This document shows, one piece after another, positions 10,041 to 23,399 of a stretch of DNA of 25,746 nucleotides (positions are counted from its first letter, which is position 1; each line of letters starts with the position of its first letter). The translations under genes and the position numbers were made by a program. The notes under the pieces are model-generated. The model did not search any database and was not told where the DNA came from. It saw only the letters and a program-made list of their open reading frames with translations. Origin of the DNA: Ginkgo biloba (lineage: Eukaryota > Plantae > Ginkgophyta). The stretch is taken from NCBI GenBank assembly GCA_024626585.2, contig JANKJI020000004.1:13853190-13878935 (forward strand), given 5' to 3'.

Positions 10041-10809
10041 TATTAATATTCTAGAATATCACGGAAACTTCCTTAAAGGAATAGATTCAGAAAACTTTAA
10101 AGTTCCATATTCTCCACCAACAATTTCATATACTTGTTTAGTTGTTTATTGAATGTAGACTAATTGTATCATGAAGAGTTAAATGAATACACTAGAAACA
10201 TTCTCAGATTTTTCCTTTAAGATTAGACTAAGGTTGGAAGGCCTTATATAAATTAAGGCCTTTTTAACTTTAAANNNNNNNNNNNNNNNNNNNNNNNNNN
10301 NNNNNNNNNNNNNNNNNNNNNNNNNNNNNNNNNNNNNNNNNNNNNNNNNNAGATATGGAGTAGTATTTCCATATAGTGGGCAAATGTGTTTCTTTGGGGA
10401 CCCATATGCCTTAGATATTGGATTCCAACGTGTATGGCATGTGCTAAGAATGGAGGCTCTTTGGGCTATGTAGAAAATTAGAAATGAGTATGTTTTTTAT
10501 GTTAATATGCATGTAACATACTGTTTCATATAATAATTGTTGCCTTTATTACTTGTATATATGAGAGTTGCATGACATNNNNNNNNNNNNNNNNNNNNNN
10601 NNNNNNNNNNNNNNNNNNNNNNNNNNNNNNNNNNNNNNNNNNNNNNNNNNNNNNNNNNNNNNNNNNNNNNNNNNNNNNAAGGTGACTTCATCATACTTTT
10701 CATCACCTAAAAGGCATCTATTCTCATCGAAATGTTGCCCCCACATTGTGGACAAAACAGGAGGCTTGGTAAGCACATGCATTCGATTGGTAATGTCCTT
10801 CAATTGTTG

Positions 10810-11143
10810 GGAGGTGTCTATCGGGCCAATAGTGTGCAATTTAATGCACCTTGGTATTTGTACAAAATTAGGAGTTGAAAAAACCATGTTATAATTCCAC
10901 CTAGTGGAATTTCAACAAAATTTCAACTTGCACCCAGCGATTCGACCCTAAACCTTATCATCTACCACTTGAGCCACTTACCATTCCACCTGCGTAATGT
11001 TTGATATAAAAATGTTTTTTTAAATAATATTATGTTGTAATTCCACCTTGTGTTACAATTCTGCCAACAGATTCCATGCAGTGGTTTTTGCACATGGTCC
11101 AAGATGCATTAATGTGCATAGTGTTGGTCTGATAGATAACTCC
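10810..11143. mobile_element. Mutator-like (MULE) MITE
   Basis: About 58-bp imperfect TIRs (ggaggtgtctatcgggccaatagtgtgcaatttaatgcaccttgg... / ...ccaagatgcattaatgtgcatagtgttggtctgatagataactcc), G-start, perfect 9-bp TSD CAATTGTTG at 10801-10809 and 11144-11152. Confidence 0.88.
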
Positions 11144-14100
11144 CAATTGTTGGTGGGCTTTACTCTTTGAATTATAAAAATAAGAGTGTTTACCATCTCA
11201 CTCACTAACTTGTTTATTATTAATNNNNNNNNNNNNNNNNNNNNNNNNNNNNNNNNNNNNNNNNNNNNNNNNNNNNNNNNNNNNNNNNNNNNNNNNNNNN
11301 NNNNNNNNNNNNNNNNNNNNNNNNNNNNNNNNNNNNNNNNNNNNNNNNNNNNNNNNNNNNNNTGGTAAACAAAGGAAGGTTTAATCGTTGCACATATTCA
11401 TTGGAACCATTGGATTTTCTCGTTGTGATCAACAAAATACTAGGCATGATATGCGTTGGTTTGCATCAAAAGTGAACCCTTTAGTTTTTGTTGCTTTGGT
11501 ATGCAACAAGATTGGAAAATTCCATATCCATTGCATGTTTACTTTTTTCTATTGGGTAACTTATACTTGCCTATTTATAAATTATCTACCTGTGATGTCT
11601 GACAAGACATTATCGGCCTAATGGCTAGCTAGCAGTATTTATCAACCAAAGAATATGAATGTATTCCCTATGGAGTCATGTTGAGCACAAATAATATAGC
11701 TCCCAATGCTTGCATCATATTATAGTTGTAACAGAGGAGGACCACTATGATAGAGGATTGACTTTATTGATGTATAAGTTGATTGAGATTGATATGGCTT
11801 TTTGTTCTACATAGCATAATAAGGATATTTATTTTATTTACATTCATTTATGTCTAACGGTGCTCAAGGTTAGCCTAAATGGTGAGGGACAATTACTTTC
11901 GACACATTGGCAATTGTTTAAATTTTATAAGGGACATATTAACTAACAAGCTATGTAGCCCAATAAGGCAATATGACTAAAATAAGTCATTTCAAAGAAA
12001 AATGCATATAATGGAATATGTTCAATATTCATTATGTTAGTTGCACATATCTACACATGACACTAATGAAGCGGGTATGGAATAATGAATAATTGTTAAG
12101 TACTTTTCTTCTATACACAATAATAATAAGAAACTATATTTCTTATGTGCTCTTTAATGAGTTCTTGAACAAGGGTGTATTTTCATCACATGTTTATTTT
12201 CTGCAGAAACATTATCTACATAAGAGATAAATGAAATGGCTATGGTCTAATGATTTGTGGCTCAAAATTACTAATGCATGGTTGTAGTTTTAAACCCTAT
12301 TAAGGCATTTCACTTTCATATAAGACATAAGACTTAATGATAAAGGTGAATGTACCTAATAATGGGAACCTTGGACCAATAAAATTAATATGTACAGGTA
12401 TTTTTGGAACCCTTAGAAAATGTTATGCATATTATTACGTAGGAATGTTTAAATAATGATTACTAACTAATGTAACCATTAACATAAATGGTTAGAAATT
12501 GCATATGAATGTGGCGTTAAGTAGCAATTACAATAAAAGTATCTAAGAAGTAATATTTGTAGGGTCATGTATCACAAGTCAAATAAATAAGCTTATAAAT
12601 ATGTATATATATACCATGCATATATGTATTGTATTCATATCCACATATGTCTCCTTAGTTCAATCCAATGAAGAGAAAGGTTATTATATATGAATCCAAA
12701 AGTGATTGAATTCTTTCTCTCATTCTTTTATTCACTTGTGATATATTTCCAAGATTTAAATCAAGCCTAACCAAATAAATAAATATTAGGGATATGGAGG
12801 GAGTATGATATAGAGAGCATCAACATGGTACGAGGGTTCATTAATAAAAAATATGTGTCTAAGAAACGAAGGCAACCCTCTTATAGATGCAAAAAAAAAA
12901 AATCAAGTAGCCCAACCATATGAGGCCTTAGGTCATGGTTCTTTAAAGGAAAATGCAATGTAAATGCTAGTCACATTATGGATACAAAAGTAAGGGATTT
13001 TGATGCAACCCCTTGAAAGGAATCTTAGAAAGGGATAATGTAGGTGTAGTTAATGGGAACTCTTTNNNNNNNNNNNNNNNNNNNNNNNNNNNNNNNNNNN
13101 NNNNNNNNNNNNNNNNNNNNNNNNNNNNNNNNNNNNNNNNNNNNNNNNNNNNNNNNNNNNNNNNNNNNNNNNNNNNNNNNNNNNNNNNNNNNNNNNNNNN
13201 NNNNNNNNNNNNNNNNNNNNNNNNNNNNNNNNNNNNNNNNNNNNNNNNNNNNNNNNNNNNNNNNNNNNNNNNNNNNNNNNNNNNNNNNNNNNNNNNNNNN
13301 NNNNNNNNNNNNNNNNNNNNNNNNNNNNNNNNNNNNNNNNNNNNNNNNNNNNNNNNNNNNNNNNNNNNNNNNNNNNNNNNNNNNNNNNNNNNNNNNNNNN
13401 NNNNNNNNNNNNNNNNNNNNNNNNNNNNNNNNNNNNNNNNNNNNNNNNNNNNNNNNNNNNNNNNNNNNNNNNNNNNNNNNNNNNNNNNNNNNNNNNNNNN
13501 NNNNNNNNNNNNNNNNNNNNNNNNNNNNNNNNNNNNNNNNNNNNNNNNNNNNNNNNNNNNNNNNNNNNNNNNNNNNNNNNNNNNNNNNNNNNNNNNNNNN
13601 NNNNNNNNNNNNNNNNNNNNNNNNNNNNNNNNNNNNNNNNNNNNNNNNNNNNNNNNNNNNNNNNNNNNNNNNNNNNNNNNNNNNNNNNNNNNNNNNNNNN
13701 NNNNNNNNNNNNNNNNNNNGTCATTCAATATGACACCAAAGATCTTACCCCCTGAAGTTAATTAATTCTAAAGGCATAACTAAGTAAGGGCCAGGGACAT
13801 TTGACCATAAGTAAGAACATGATAGGGGTGTGGTTATGAATAATCATACAATGAAAGCTAACCAAAAAAATATAAATTACAAGGAGATGGCACAAGATAC
13901 AAGTAAGTATAAGTACTGCAAATATGGCAAGAAAAATAACTATTAGTGGGAATTCGATACAAAAGAAAGAAATGATTATAGAGGACCATTATGCACCAAC
14001 AACAATTAGGATTAAAGGAAAAGGGTAGACACTAAGGAGCCTTTTCATAATGAAAGGTGTCTTATAATAGAAAAGTTAGTGAAAGGAAGGGATCAAAGTG

Positions 14101-14207
14101 AATGTGTTATAGTTTGAGGAAAATAATCCAAGCATGATGTGTACTCACTAGGTGGAAAAGATACTTTAGTGACTAAAAGCCTTATGAGAGTTATATTTAA
14201 TTATAAA

Positions 14208-14662
14208 TGTTTAACTCTCTATTCACTTAATTCTTAACATAATACATAGTGACACATTCACAAATTTTAGAAAATAATTAATCATCAATCAGAATANNNN
14301 NNNNNNNNNNNNNNNNNNNNNNNNNNNNNNNNNNNNNNNNNNNNNNNNNNNNNNCGTTATATTACTCATTGATTCAGAATTACAAGCAACTCAATAAAAT
14401 AGAGACACAGAGTCTATGTACAAGCTTCAAATCTTCACTAATCTTGACTTGACTCTCACATGTGTCTTCAAAATGTGTATACATAACTTCATAATCTTTC
14501 TTTGTCCTAACTCCTACCTAAATTCAAAAGTTTCTCTAGAAGATTCTAATTTAAATATAGAATATTCTTAAAGTGAATCTTCCTTTATTCTACAATTACT
14601 TTCATTCCTTCAACAACATAAACTACTATGTACATTATTCGACCCTTTTCTTTTTAATTACA
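14208..14662 (-). repeat. 3' LTR of the gypsy element
   Basis: tgtttaact...attactcatt...tcaataaaatagagac...ttgactctcac...gtcttcaaaatg...aagattctaatt...aattaca, collinear with 22021-22507 and followed by a pyrimidine tract (reverse-complemented PPT). Confidence 0.8.
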
Positions 14663-16314
14663 TCCTTATTACCAATTTTCTTTTTCTTACAGAGGTGTCG
14701 ATATTTAATTGGGGTTCTAGCTTCTTCTCTGACCTATTTGCTCATTCCATTTATAACTATGTGAATTAAATGTACCTACCCAATTCCTTAATTTTCTCAT
14801 TAACCTCTTTGAGCTCTTTAATAGTGTTGTTCAACTCTAATTCCCTTTATGCTGGAAAAAGATTCAATCTATCCACACAATAAGTTAAAACCTTTTGTCC
14901 CATTTTTTATTTTTTTTTTCAATCTTTCCTCATCCTTGTAAGCTATATTCCTCATGGCTTCCATATTATCACTCTCCCCTTCTAGGTTCATGAAAATTTC
15001 ATTAGATATAATATCATTATATCTATTTCCCAATTTAAGGTCTCATCATCAATAATGTCAATCTTTTCCAAACTCTACATTAACTCAAACTCTTTTAATG
15101 CCAAAATTTCAGTCCAAATATCATTTTTATTGAATCTATATTGGATTCCTTCATTTACCCTCTTGATTACCTTTGAGTCTGTTTTAACCAAAATAAACAT
15201 AATTCCTACCTCAAATTTATTTTATCTTGACTATGACTACTTTCATATATTAGTTTGGTCTTCTCCAACTATGAAGTAATCTTATCCCTTTGGGGCTTTA
15301 GAAATTCTTACACAGTATTTAAATGTGCATGATGTGCATCAAGATCATACCAAGCCTTCTAATGCTTTGTATGCACTTCTCAAATCGTGATCTTCACACC
15401 CTCTAATGCATTGCCATCAACTTCATTTTTTATTGACTTTGTTATCATCTCGAGCCCTTTTATGTCAACTTTGACTATGGGTGACAACTCTAGTTCCTCT
15501 TCACCTGTCTTTGAAGAGTATTTTCTTCCTTCACCATTCTAAACAACTTTTTTATTTGATTATGATATCTATCCAAACTTTTCCTAAAGTCTTAGACCTT
15601 GCCTTTGTAATCATGTAAACTNNNNNNNNNNNNNNNNNNNNNNNNNNNNNNNNNNNNNNNNNNNNNNNNNNNNNNNNNNNNNNNNNNNNNNNNNNNNNNN
15701 NNNNNNNNNNNNNNNNNNNNNTCCTCTTTCTGTCAATTCTATGCTCTTTGTCTCGAAAAGTAAAGTTTGTGGCCAGTTGGATCAGCTTATATGGCTCTAG
15801 GTTTTGTCAAGAAAAACTTAGAGTACATACATTGGATGTAGTGTTGTATTGAATTTTATATAATTGGTATACCCAATTTGGGCCAACATACCAAATGTCA
15901 TAATGAAACTTGCTTAAATGGCAACTTATAAAACTATGTGATAGAAGACAAAATGATCCTAATCCTTATAGACAAGAGGTTTGCCAAAATATTCTTGAGT
16001 TTATTTTTATAGTGCCCAAAGAAAATATGTGTTATATGTATAAATCTCAAGAAGTAGATGCTAATATAAAGGTACTTGGGGATTTCTCGAAAGAAAGAGA
16101 GGATAATATGAAAGTATAAAATGAAGAACCCTTGCACTACAAAATAAGCTCGATTAATAGCCTTATAAGGCCCAAAAATAAAATATTGACATTAAAGAGA
16201 CTCACCATATAATATAAGTTGGCACTTATTGGGATGAATCCACTATTGTCCAAACACACGTGTTATTTTAAGAATATACAAATATTCAACATTGTTGCCC
16301 AAATTACACCACAA

Positions 16315-18160
16315 TTAGTTTTAAGGGCATGAAATCCTTATCTACAGGTCTGTAAATTCTTCGACACATATCATATCTTCTATCCTAAGAGTCTATCCTT
16401 GAAGACTAATGGCCAAGATAATCTTATCAATAATACTTTTCTAGCTTTGAGTTCCCTTGAGTAATGTCCTTCTACCAAACCTTCATGGGATTTTCTAAGG
16501 ACGTGCGATATTTCTTTAGGAATAACATATCTTATTAATACCTAATCNNNNNNNNNNNNNNNNNNNNNNNNNNNNNNNNNNNNNNATGTATAAGTTGTTT
16601 CCTTTTGTGCTAAGTTCTTATTTTATTTAACTATCATTTCTCTTAGTGTTAATCCCGTGCTTAAAATATTTATATTTTCCCTTAAGAAGTTTTGTGTTGC
16701 ATCTACTCTAAAAAAGCTTAGATCTAAACATTCATCATCAATCTCCATTGTTTCTCCCATTCTTACTCTAAATAAATGATCTGGTCCCACATGTGTCTTT
16801 TTACGTTTTACAAAAATGTCAAAATCATCCTCTTGGAGTAGGACTATCCACCTACTTAATCTTCCTCATTGTATTGACTTATTCATAATATATTTTAAGG
16901 ATCAATGATCCACCTCAAATTCAAATCCATTACCCAATATGTAATAAAAAAATATTTATACTAAATAAATCATTCTCGATGCTTCTCTTTCTATCGTTGA
17001 ATAATTCTCCTTAACCTTAGTTAACTTTTGCTAGCAAAATAAATTAGGTGATCTGTATTACCTGCCCCTACTTGAACAAGGATAGATCTAATTCCTATTA
17101 TCGATGCATCAACATCAACATGCATATAGAATTTTTCATTCTAGTTTAAGAACTGAATNNNNNNNNNNNNNNNNNNNNNNNNNNNNNNNNNNNNNNNNNN
17201 NNNNNNNNNNNNNNNNNNNNNNNNNNNNNNNNNNNNNNNNNNNNNNNNNNNNNNNNNNNNNNNNNNNNNNNNNNNNNNNNNNNNNNNNNNNNNNNNNNNN
17301 NNNNNNNNNNNNNNNNNNNNNNNNNNNNNNNNNNNNNNNNNNNNNNNNNNNNNNNNNNNNNNNNNNNNNNNNNNNNNNNNNNNNNNNNNNNNNNNNNNNN
17401 NNNNNNNNNNNNNNNNNNNNNNNNNNNNNNNNNNNNNNNNNNNNNNNNNNNNNNNNNNNNNNNNNNNNNNNNNNNNNNNNNNNNNNNNNNNNNNNNNNNN
17501 NNNNNNNNNNNNNNNNNNNNNNNNNNNNNNNNNNNNNNNNNNNNNNNNNNNNNNNNNNNNNNNNNNNNNNNNNNNNNNNNNNNNNNNNNNNNNNNNNNNN
17601 NNNNNNNNNNNNNNNNNNNNNNNNNNNNNNNNNNNNNNNNNNNNNNNNNNNNNNNNNNNNNNNNNNNNNNNNNNNNNGTTTTCAATTAATCATTTCAATG
17701 AATTTTAACATGATTATATCTAGAAAATCCTTTTATGAATAAATATTTTTCTCTTCCTATAATACCCCAAAATAAATTCTATAATTATATCATAAAATAG
17801 GCCTTCTTGGTGATACTATTAAGCTTCTTAAAGTTTATATAAATCCCAAGATTCCATTTTTTATTTTTTGTCTATCATTATTGAAGTAACCCATTTACTT
17901 TGTTCCACTTAATAAATGCATCCTACATCTAATAACTTTTCAATCTCCTTTTATACATTTTTTTTTATATTTTGGATTCATCATGTAAGACCATTAACTT
18001 ATTACGTTTGCTCATCTTTTTAATTCAATTCTTAATTAATCTATTTTAGAAGGTATCTAATTCAAACCTTTATATTACCAAGCAAAAAACATCTCTCTAA
18101 ACACTTCCCAAAATTTGGCCACTATCTTTTCATCCTAGTAATCCCCAATCTCTACTATTT
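16315..18160 (-). pseudogene. Decayed gypsy RT-RNaseH-integrase (Zn-finger) coding region
   Basis: RT: YMMNPKYKK..KEIEKLLDVGCIY*VEQSKWVTSIMI...FKKLNSITKK...GFSRYNHVKI. RNase H: HVDVDASIIGIRSILVQVGAGNTDHLIYFASK..KENYSTIEREA...VDH*SLKYIMNK...GRLSRWIVLLQE...HVGPDHL. Integrase: RKSHEGLVEGHYSRELKARKVL..WPLVFKD..DMCRRI. Confidence 0.9.
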
Positions 18161-19987
18161 ATAATGTCAATAATTCTTGATGGATAAGGTTTTTAATATA
18201 GTCTATTCTTATGCACATTTCTTGATTGCTTTAGAACTTCTTTATCTTCAATATTCTCCTTTATGTGATGTTGAAGAATAAATATTTCTTGATTAATATC
18301 CTCTATCATATAATGTTGATCATATATTTATTTACCAAAGGTAAAGTTTACCATCTTTTGCTTCACAATTTGAACCTTTTCATTATCATCTTTCTATTCC
18401 TTGGTGTACAATTGAACCAATCCTTATTGAAGCTGAGATCAATATTTTCTATCCTTTATTACTTCCAAGTGTTCATATTATGGATATATTATACCGTATA
18501 ATGTTGTACCAAGTGTCTACACTTTAAATCTAGATCTTACTTCATTCACTCATAAATGTAATTTCTTCCATCTATTCTCAAAATTTTATAGGAATTTGAT
18601 TAGATAATTAATCCTATCATATTACAGTTCCATGTGTCTAGACTTGCTTCTATTAAAAATTGTAAGAATTATACTTTGAATTCTCTTCTAAATATGTTTA
18701 TTCTAAAAATGTATAATAAACTATCTTATTTCTTAGTATGGATTCAAATCAATATGGTTCATTCTCATCCTCTGTGTCTTTGATCATAGTTTTGAATCAT
18801 TTAGATGGTTATTCACATGTAATGCACCATCAAACAATTTATTATTTAACATTTCTATCAGATTGTTCTTCAACTATTACTCTATAATTGCTAAAATAAT
18901 TCATTTCATGTACATTTAATTTTTCTATTGTCTAACTAAGTCATTAGAGACTACTATTCCATAATTGATGCTACCAAAACATAGTTTTGCATCATCCTCT
19001 AGTTCATACTTTTCCTTAGCATAAATGTAGATATTTTTAATATCTTTCTCTACATCTTCCTCTTCTTCATATGATTCCTCTTTAAAATATATCTTTTNNN
19101 NNNNNNNNNNNNNNNNNNNNNNNNNNNNNNNNNNNNNNNNNNNNNNNNNNNNNNNNNNNNNNNNNNNNNNNNNNNNNNNNNNNNNNNNNNNNNNNNNNNN
19201 NNNNNNNNNNNNNNNNNNNNNNNNNNNNNNNNNNNNNNNNNNNNNNNNNNNNNNNNNNNNNNNNNNNNNNNNNNNNNNNNNNNNNNNNNNNNNNNNNNNN
19301 NNNNNNNNNNNNNNNNNNNNNNNNNNNNNNNNNNNNNNNNNNNNNNNNNNNNNCCATTCTAATGGTGATTTTAGAATGCACCATTTGAGGACATCTCATT
19401 ACTTTCCACATATATAAAGAGATAATCTTCACTTCTAAACCAAAATCCACAACATCCTTCACTTCTATAGCTTATACTGTCACTTACATATAAGTCTCCA
19501 TGTCCTTCTATTTTATAGCTCCTTTTACACTTCTTTATGCTCTATTTATATCCATGTCCAATAATTTTTTGATAATATTAGTAATATTATTTAAGGTCAT
19601 ATTTTCTGCTATAAGATTCTTTATCATGCGTTCCATTTGAACTATCTCATTCTTTGACTCATTCCCTTTAGGTTGCACCTTCTTTGCATATTATTTAAGC
19701 TATAGAGGTTTGTTACTTTCCAATCTTTATTAACACTGAATTATTAATTCATTATTCTTCTTGTATTCATCCTTCTAATTATTTGGCTCTAGATATTTTA
19801 CCTTTACTTTTCCCTTATCCTCTAGAGTATACCTCTTCTTTTATGTCTTTGTATCATTTGATTTCTCTTTTCATAATCCTTGAGGATAAGCTCTTATTAT
19901 GAGATTAATTTCTTTATTTTGGTATAGCTTTGGATTTAGTTCTACTCTCATCAACTTTATTGATTTCATCTTCTCAAATAAAGTTAA

Positions 19988-21011
19988 ACAATATTTAGTT
20001 TCATGATCTCTCACTCCACATACTTGGTATACCTTAACACCAAGAATACAAAATGGATAACTTTTTTATTGTGACCCTCTTAATTGCACTCAAAATACTT
20101 CATTATCCTTATATCTCCAACATTATGCTTAGTTTCTATGAAATAATCCTTGAATGAGTCCTTCTCTTCATGGATATTTCTATAATTCACAATAGAAATC
20201 CTTATGATATCATATATATTCTCAAACCATCTTCTTTAGTTAACACCCCAAAAATTATCCTAGTTATGACACCAAGTCTTATGTATAAAATAATAATTCT
20301 TAAAAGTTATTTTCGTTCTTTATCGAGGTAGTATTAGATTGATTATAGACCATTACCTCTAAGAGGCATTCATTTTTATAATGACACCCCTTTATAGTCT
20401 TTATAATACACCTCTTCCCCTTCCTTTAATGTCCTATTTTATAACTTCTTCATGGATTTTTATAATTTCTTAATAGTCTTTGATAATTCATTTGTTTTAC
20501 CTCATGCATCCACTCTTGACCAATTTGCTTCAACTTCCATTTGAAATAACTTATGCAAAGCATATCTATAATTCTTTGGATCACCTTGCTTCATTTGAGA
20601 TTGAATACTAAAAGGTAGCCCCACTACAAACTAGTTAATCTTTTGCTTCTTTGATATGAAGTATGGAAAATTTTCAATCAAAGCCTTAGATTGTCCATCA
20701 TAATATTTAATAGACTCATACTTTTTTCTACTAGATATTTTTTATTTTAATAAGTTTGTATGCATTGTATCTATATACACATAATATTATTTGTATACAA
20801 CTTCTACTACATTCTAATTCTACTAATTCCAGATTATGTTAGATTTTGTGTACCAATCTTGAGATGGTCCTTCAATTATAATTACAAACTCTTTCCATTT
20901 CACTATATCATAAATGACCATTCTTGCTTCCCATATATATTCACAACTATATAAATATCTTTCTTCATTTGTAGATCCATAAAACATAAATAACTTTAGA
21001 TATGCCTCCAT
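19988..21011 (-). pseudogene. Decayed gypsy gag with two CCHC zinc knuckles
   Basis: ORF 21011-20823 (...YSCEYIWEARMV...QDWY) resembles the N-terminus of gymnosperm gypsy gag. Knuckles FECN*EGHNKK (~20095-20055) and YQVCGVRDHETKYC (20029-19988). Confidence 0.75.
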
Positions 21012-22020
21012 TTAATTAGGTACATTTCCTACTATCCTGTCTACATGGATGGAGCCAAATGTCACCAATATTCTTTACTCTCTTTGTGTCCTTCCATATA
21101 GAAACCACTTTAAAATACATCATTCTCTACTTTTTGTCATAATGATAATCTCTTTATTAATTATTTTCTATCTATTTACACTTCTTTACAGATTGTATAA
21201 AATCTTTCTTTCTAATACCGCTTGATTTCAAAGTTGTGATGGAAATTAATACACACCCACACTCTATAATCGATATCACCAAAGAATAAATGTCNNNNNN
21301 NNNNNNNNNNNNNNNNNNNNNNNNNNNNNNNNNNNNNNNNNNNNNNNNNNNNNNNNNNNNNNNNNNNNNNNNNNNNNNNNNNNNNNNNNNNNNNNNNNNN
21401 NNNNNNNNNNNNNNNNNNNNNNNNNNNNNNNNNNNNNNNNNNNNNNNNNNNNNNNNNNNNNNNNNNNNNNNNNNNNNNNNNNNNNNNNNNNNNNNNNNNN
21501 NNNNNNNNNNNNNNNNNNNNNNNNNNNNNNNNTCTTCTACTTAGAACCCCTTCTTTTGCATAAATATTACATAATTCATCAATAATATGATTTAATTATG
21601 TGATTACATTCTTAATTAAGAAATAATTATAATCCTTCAAATTCAAATGACCTTTCTTATTTGACTCAATAATTCTTCATGTAATCTTTAAATATTCCTT
21701 CAATAATTAAATATTTGAGTTAATAGACTATTAAAAATAATTCTTCTTCATCTTTTCAAGAATATTCTTATTACCTTACTTTCTTTCTCAACAAAGATTG
21801 AATTCTTTAATGTTAGCTTTGAAACAAACTAAAGACTCTTAAACAATTTATTGACTCATTAACAGATCAAAGATTATTGTAATTTGTAAGTTATTTTCTA
21901 GAAATCTAGTCATGGTTTAAAATAATTAACACAAACTAATGTAGATTTATCTTTATTGGTCTTATATATAAAGATTTATTATGACGAGCTTCCTCTTGAA
22001 TCCTTTAGCAATGCAACTAA

Positions 22021-22507
22021 TGCTTAACTATATATCTCTCTCTATTTTTANNNNNNNNNNNNNNNNNNNNNNNNNNNNNNNNNNNNCATTTATATAATTC
22101 AAAAGAACTATTCATCATTCAAAACATAACATGAATTCCATAAAAATGAATAATTTAATAACAAAACATCATACAAGAACATACATAATATTTATAGAAC
22201 TCATTTCCATTACTCATTTATTTAGATTTATAAAGAATTCAATAAAATAGAGACTAAGAGTCTTCTGACAAGATTCAAAACTTGACCAACCTTAACTTGA
22301 CTCTCACCCATGTCTTCAAAATGCCTTTATATAGTTACAAGATTTCTTCATCCCAACTCCTTCCTAAATTAAAAATATTCTCTACAAGATTCTAATTCAA
22401 AATTTAAATATTGCTAAAATGAATATTCATTTCTTCTATAATTGCATTCATTCTTTTAATGTCATAAATTACTTTGTATAAGTTTTGATATTCATGCCAT
22501 TTTAACA
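22021..22507 (-). repeat. 5' LTR of the gypsy element
   Basis: tgcttaact...attactcatt...tcaataaaatagagac...ttgactctcac...gtcttcaaaatg...aagattctaatt...ttttaaca. Adjacent tcctttagcaatgcaactaa resembles a CpG-decayed tRNA-Asp PBS (TCCCCGGCAACGGCGCCA). Confidence 0.8.
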
Positions 22508-23399
22508 TAATTGTGAACACCCAACTCTATTTCATTCCTAGTCATTATGCCACTAGAACAAATAGTAAAGGATGGTGCAAGTCACATAATTTTCTTTTAA
22601 GGGATCTAACTAACAATCATGCATGACATTGGAAATACCCTCATACTTTGGATTCAATAATTAATAATATGGCATTGGACTAGCTAGGCACATAAGAAAA
22701 AATATTAAGAATCTTAAAATGTATGTGTATTCTCCCTAAGGATATTTATAATCATAGAGATTTACGAAATATAAAAATATGAGAGATAATGAAAGTTAGA
22801 AGAAGATGATGATTAAATGCATTAATACTATAAGAATATACACCATTACAAGAAGAGGGAGAAAAAACTATCCCTCAGATCAAGCCAAATGTAGATTCCA
22901 CTATCATTCACATAAGAGAATCATAAACTAGATTGATTATCCTAGAGAATATATAGAAAACAAGAATGGAAACTAACATTGTTTAGGATGATTCAAGTCA
23001 TTAAGATTCCATGCACTTTAGTAAACACATGAATGCTTGGTCCTAGTATGTATATATGCCCGAATAAATCCTAACAATCATGTACCTCTATGGGAATACT
23101 TGTAAAGAGTGACAAAGGACAATCATTTGCATAAAAGGTGCATTATATTAATAAGATATATTAAATCCATTGAGGATCATGACAGATTCAAAACAATAAA
23201 GTCTAAGAAAATGAGAAAACAAGAAAAATGAGTATTTAGAGAATTGAGTATAGAGTTGGAATTAATGGAGCTAAGATGGTAGAGAACATTGAAGCATATA
23301 TGATACAATGGAAGCAAATGAATATATGTAGTGTTCATGAAATAAACAGAGGATGTATATATAGGAATTTAATGGACATTGTGAAATAAATTATATATC

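Larger units (their letters stand above)
14208..22507 (-). mobile_element. Ancient Ty3/gypsy LTR retrotransposon (Athila-like non-chromovirus), both LTRs present, coding region heavily decayed
   Basis: Homologous LTRs at 14208-14662 and 22021-22507. Minus-strand domains in the order gag (~21011-20000), protease (18840-18811), RT (~18160-17679), RNase H (17158-16755), integrase Zn-finger (16545-16315). Decayed PBS at 22001-22020. Confidence 0.88.

Noticed and set aside
15842-16290. Nested solo LTR (tgttg...ttcaaca)
   Set aside because: No matching TSD and an uncertain left boundary; not called as a feature.
8561-21544. Long ORFs of 100-250 aa in the ORF track (e.g. 12976-13765, 17104-17742, 8561-9124)
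   Set aside because: Almost entirely X from N runs; artefacts.
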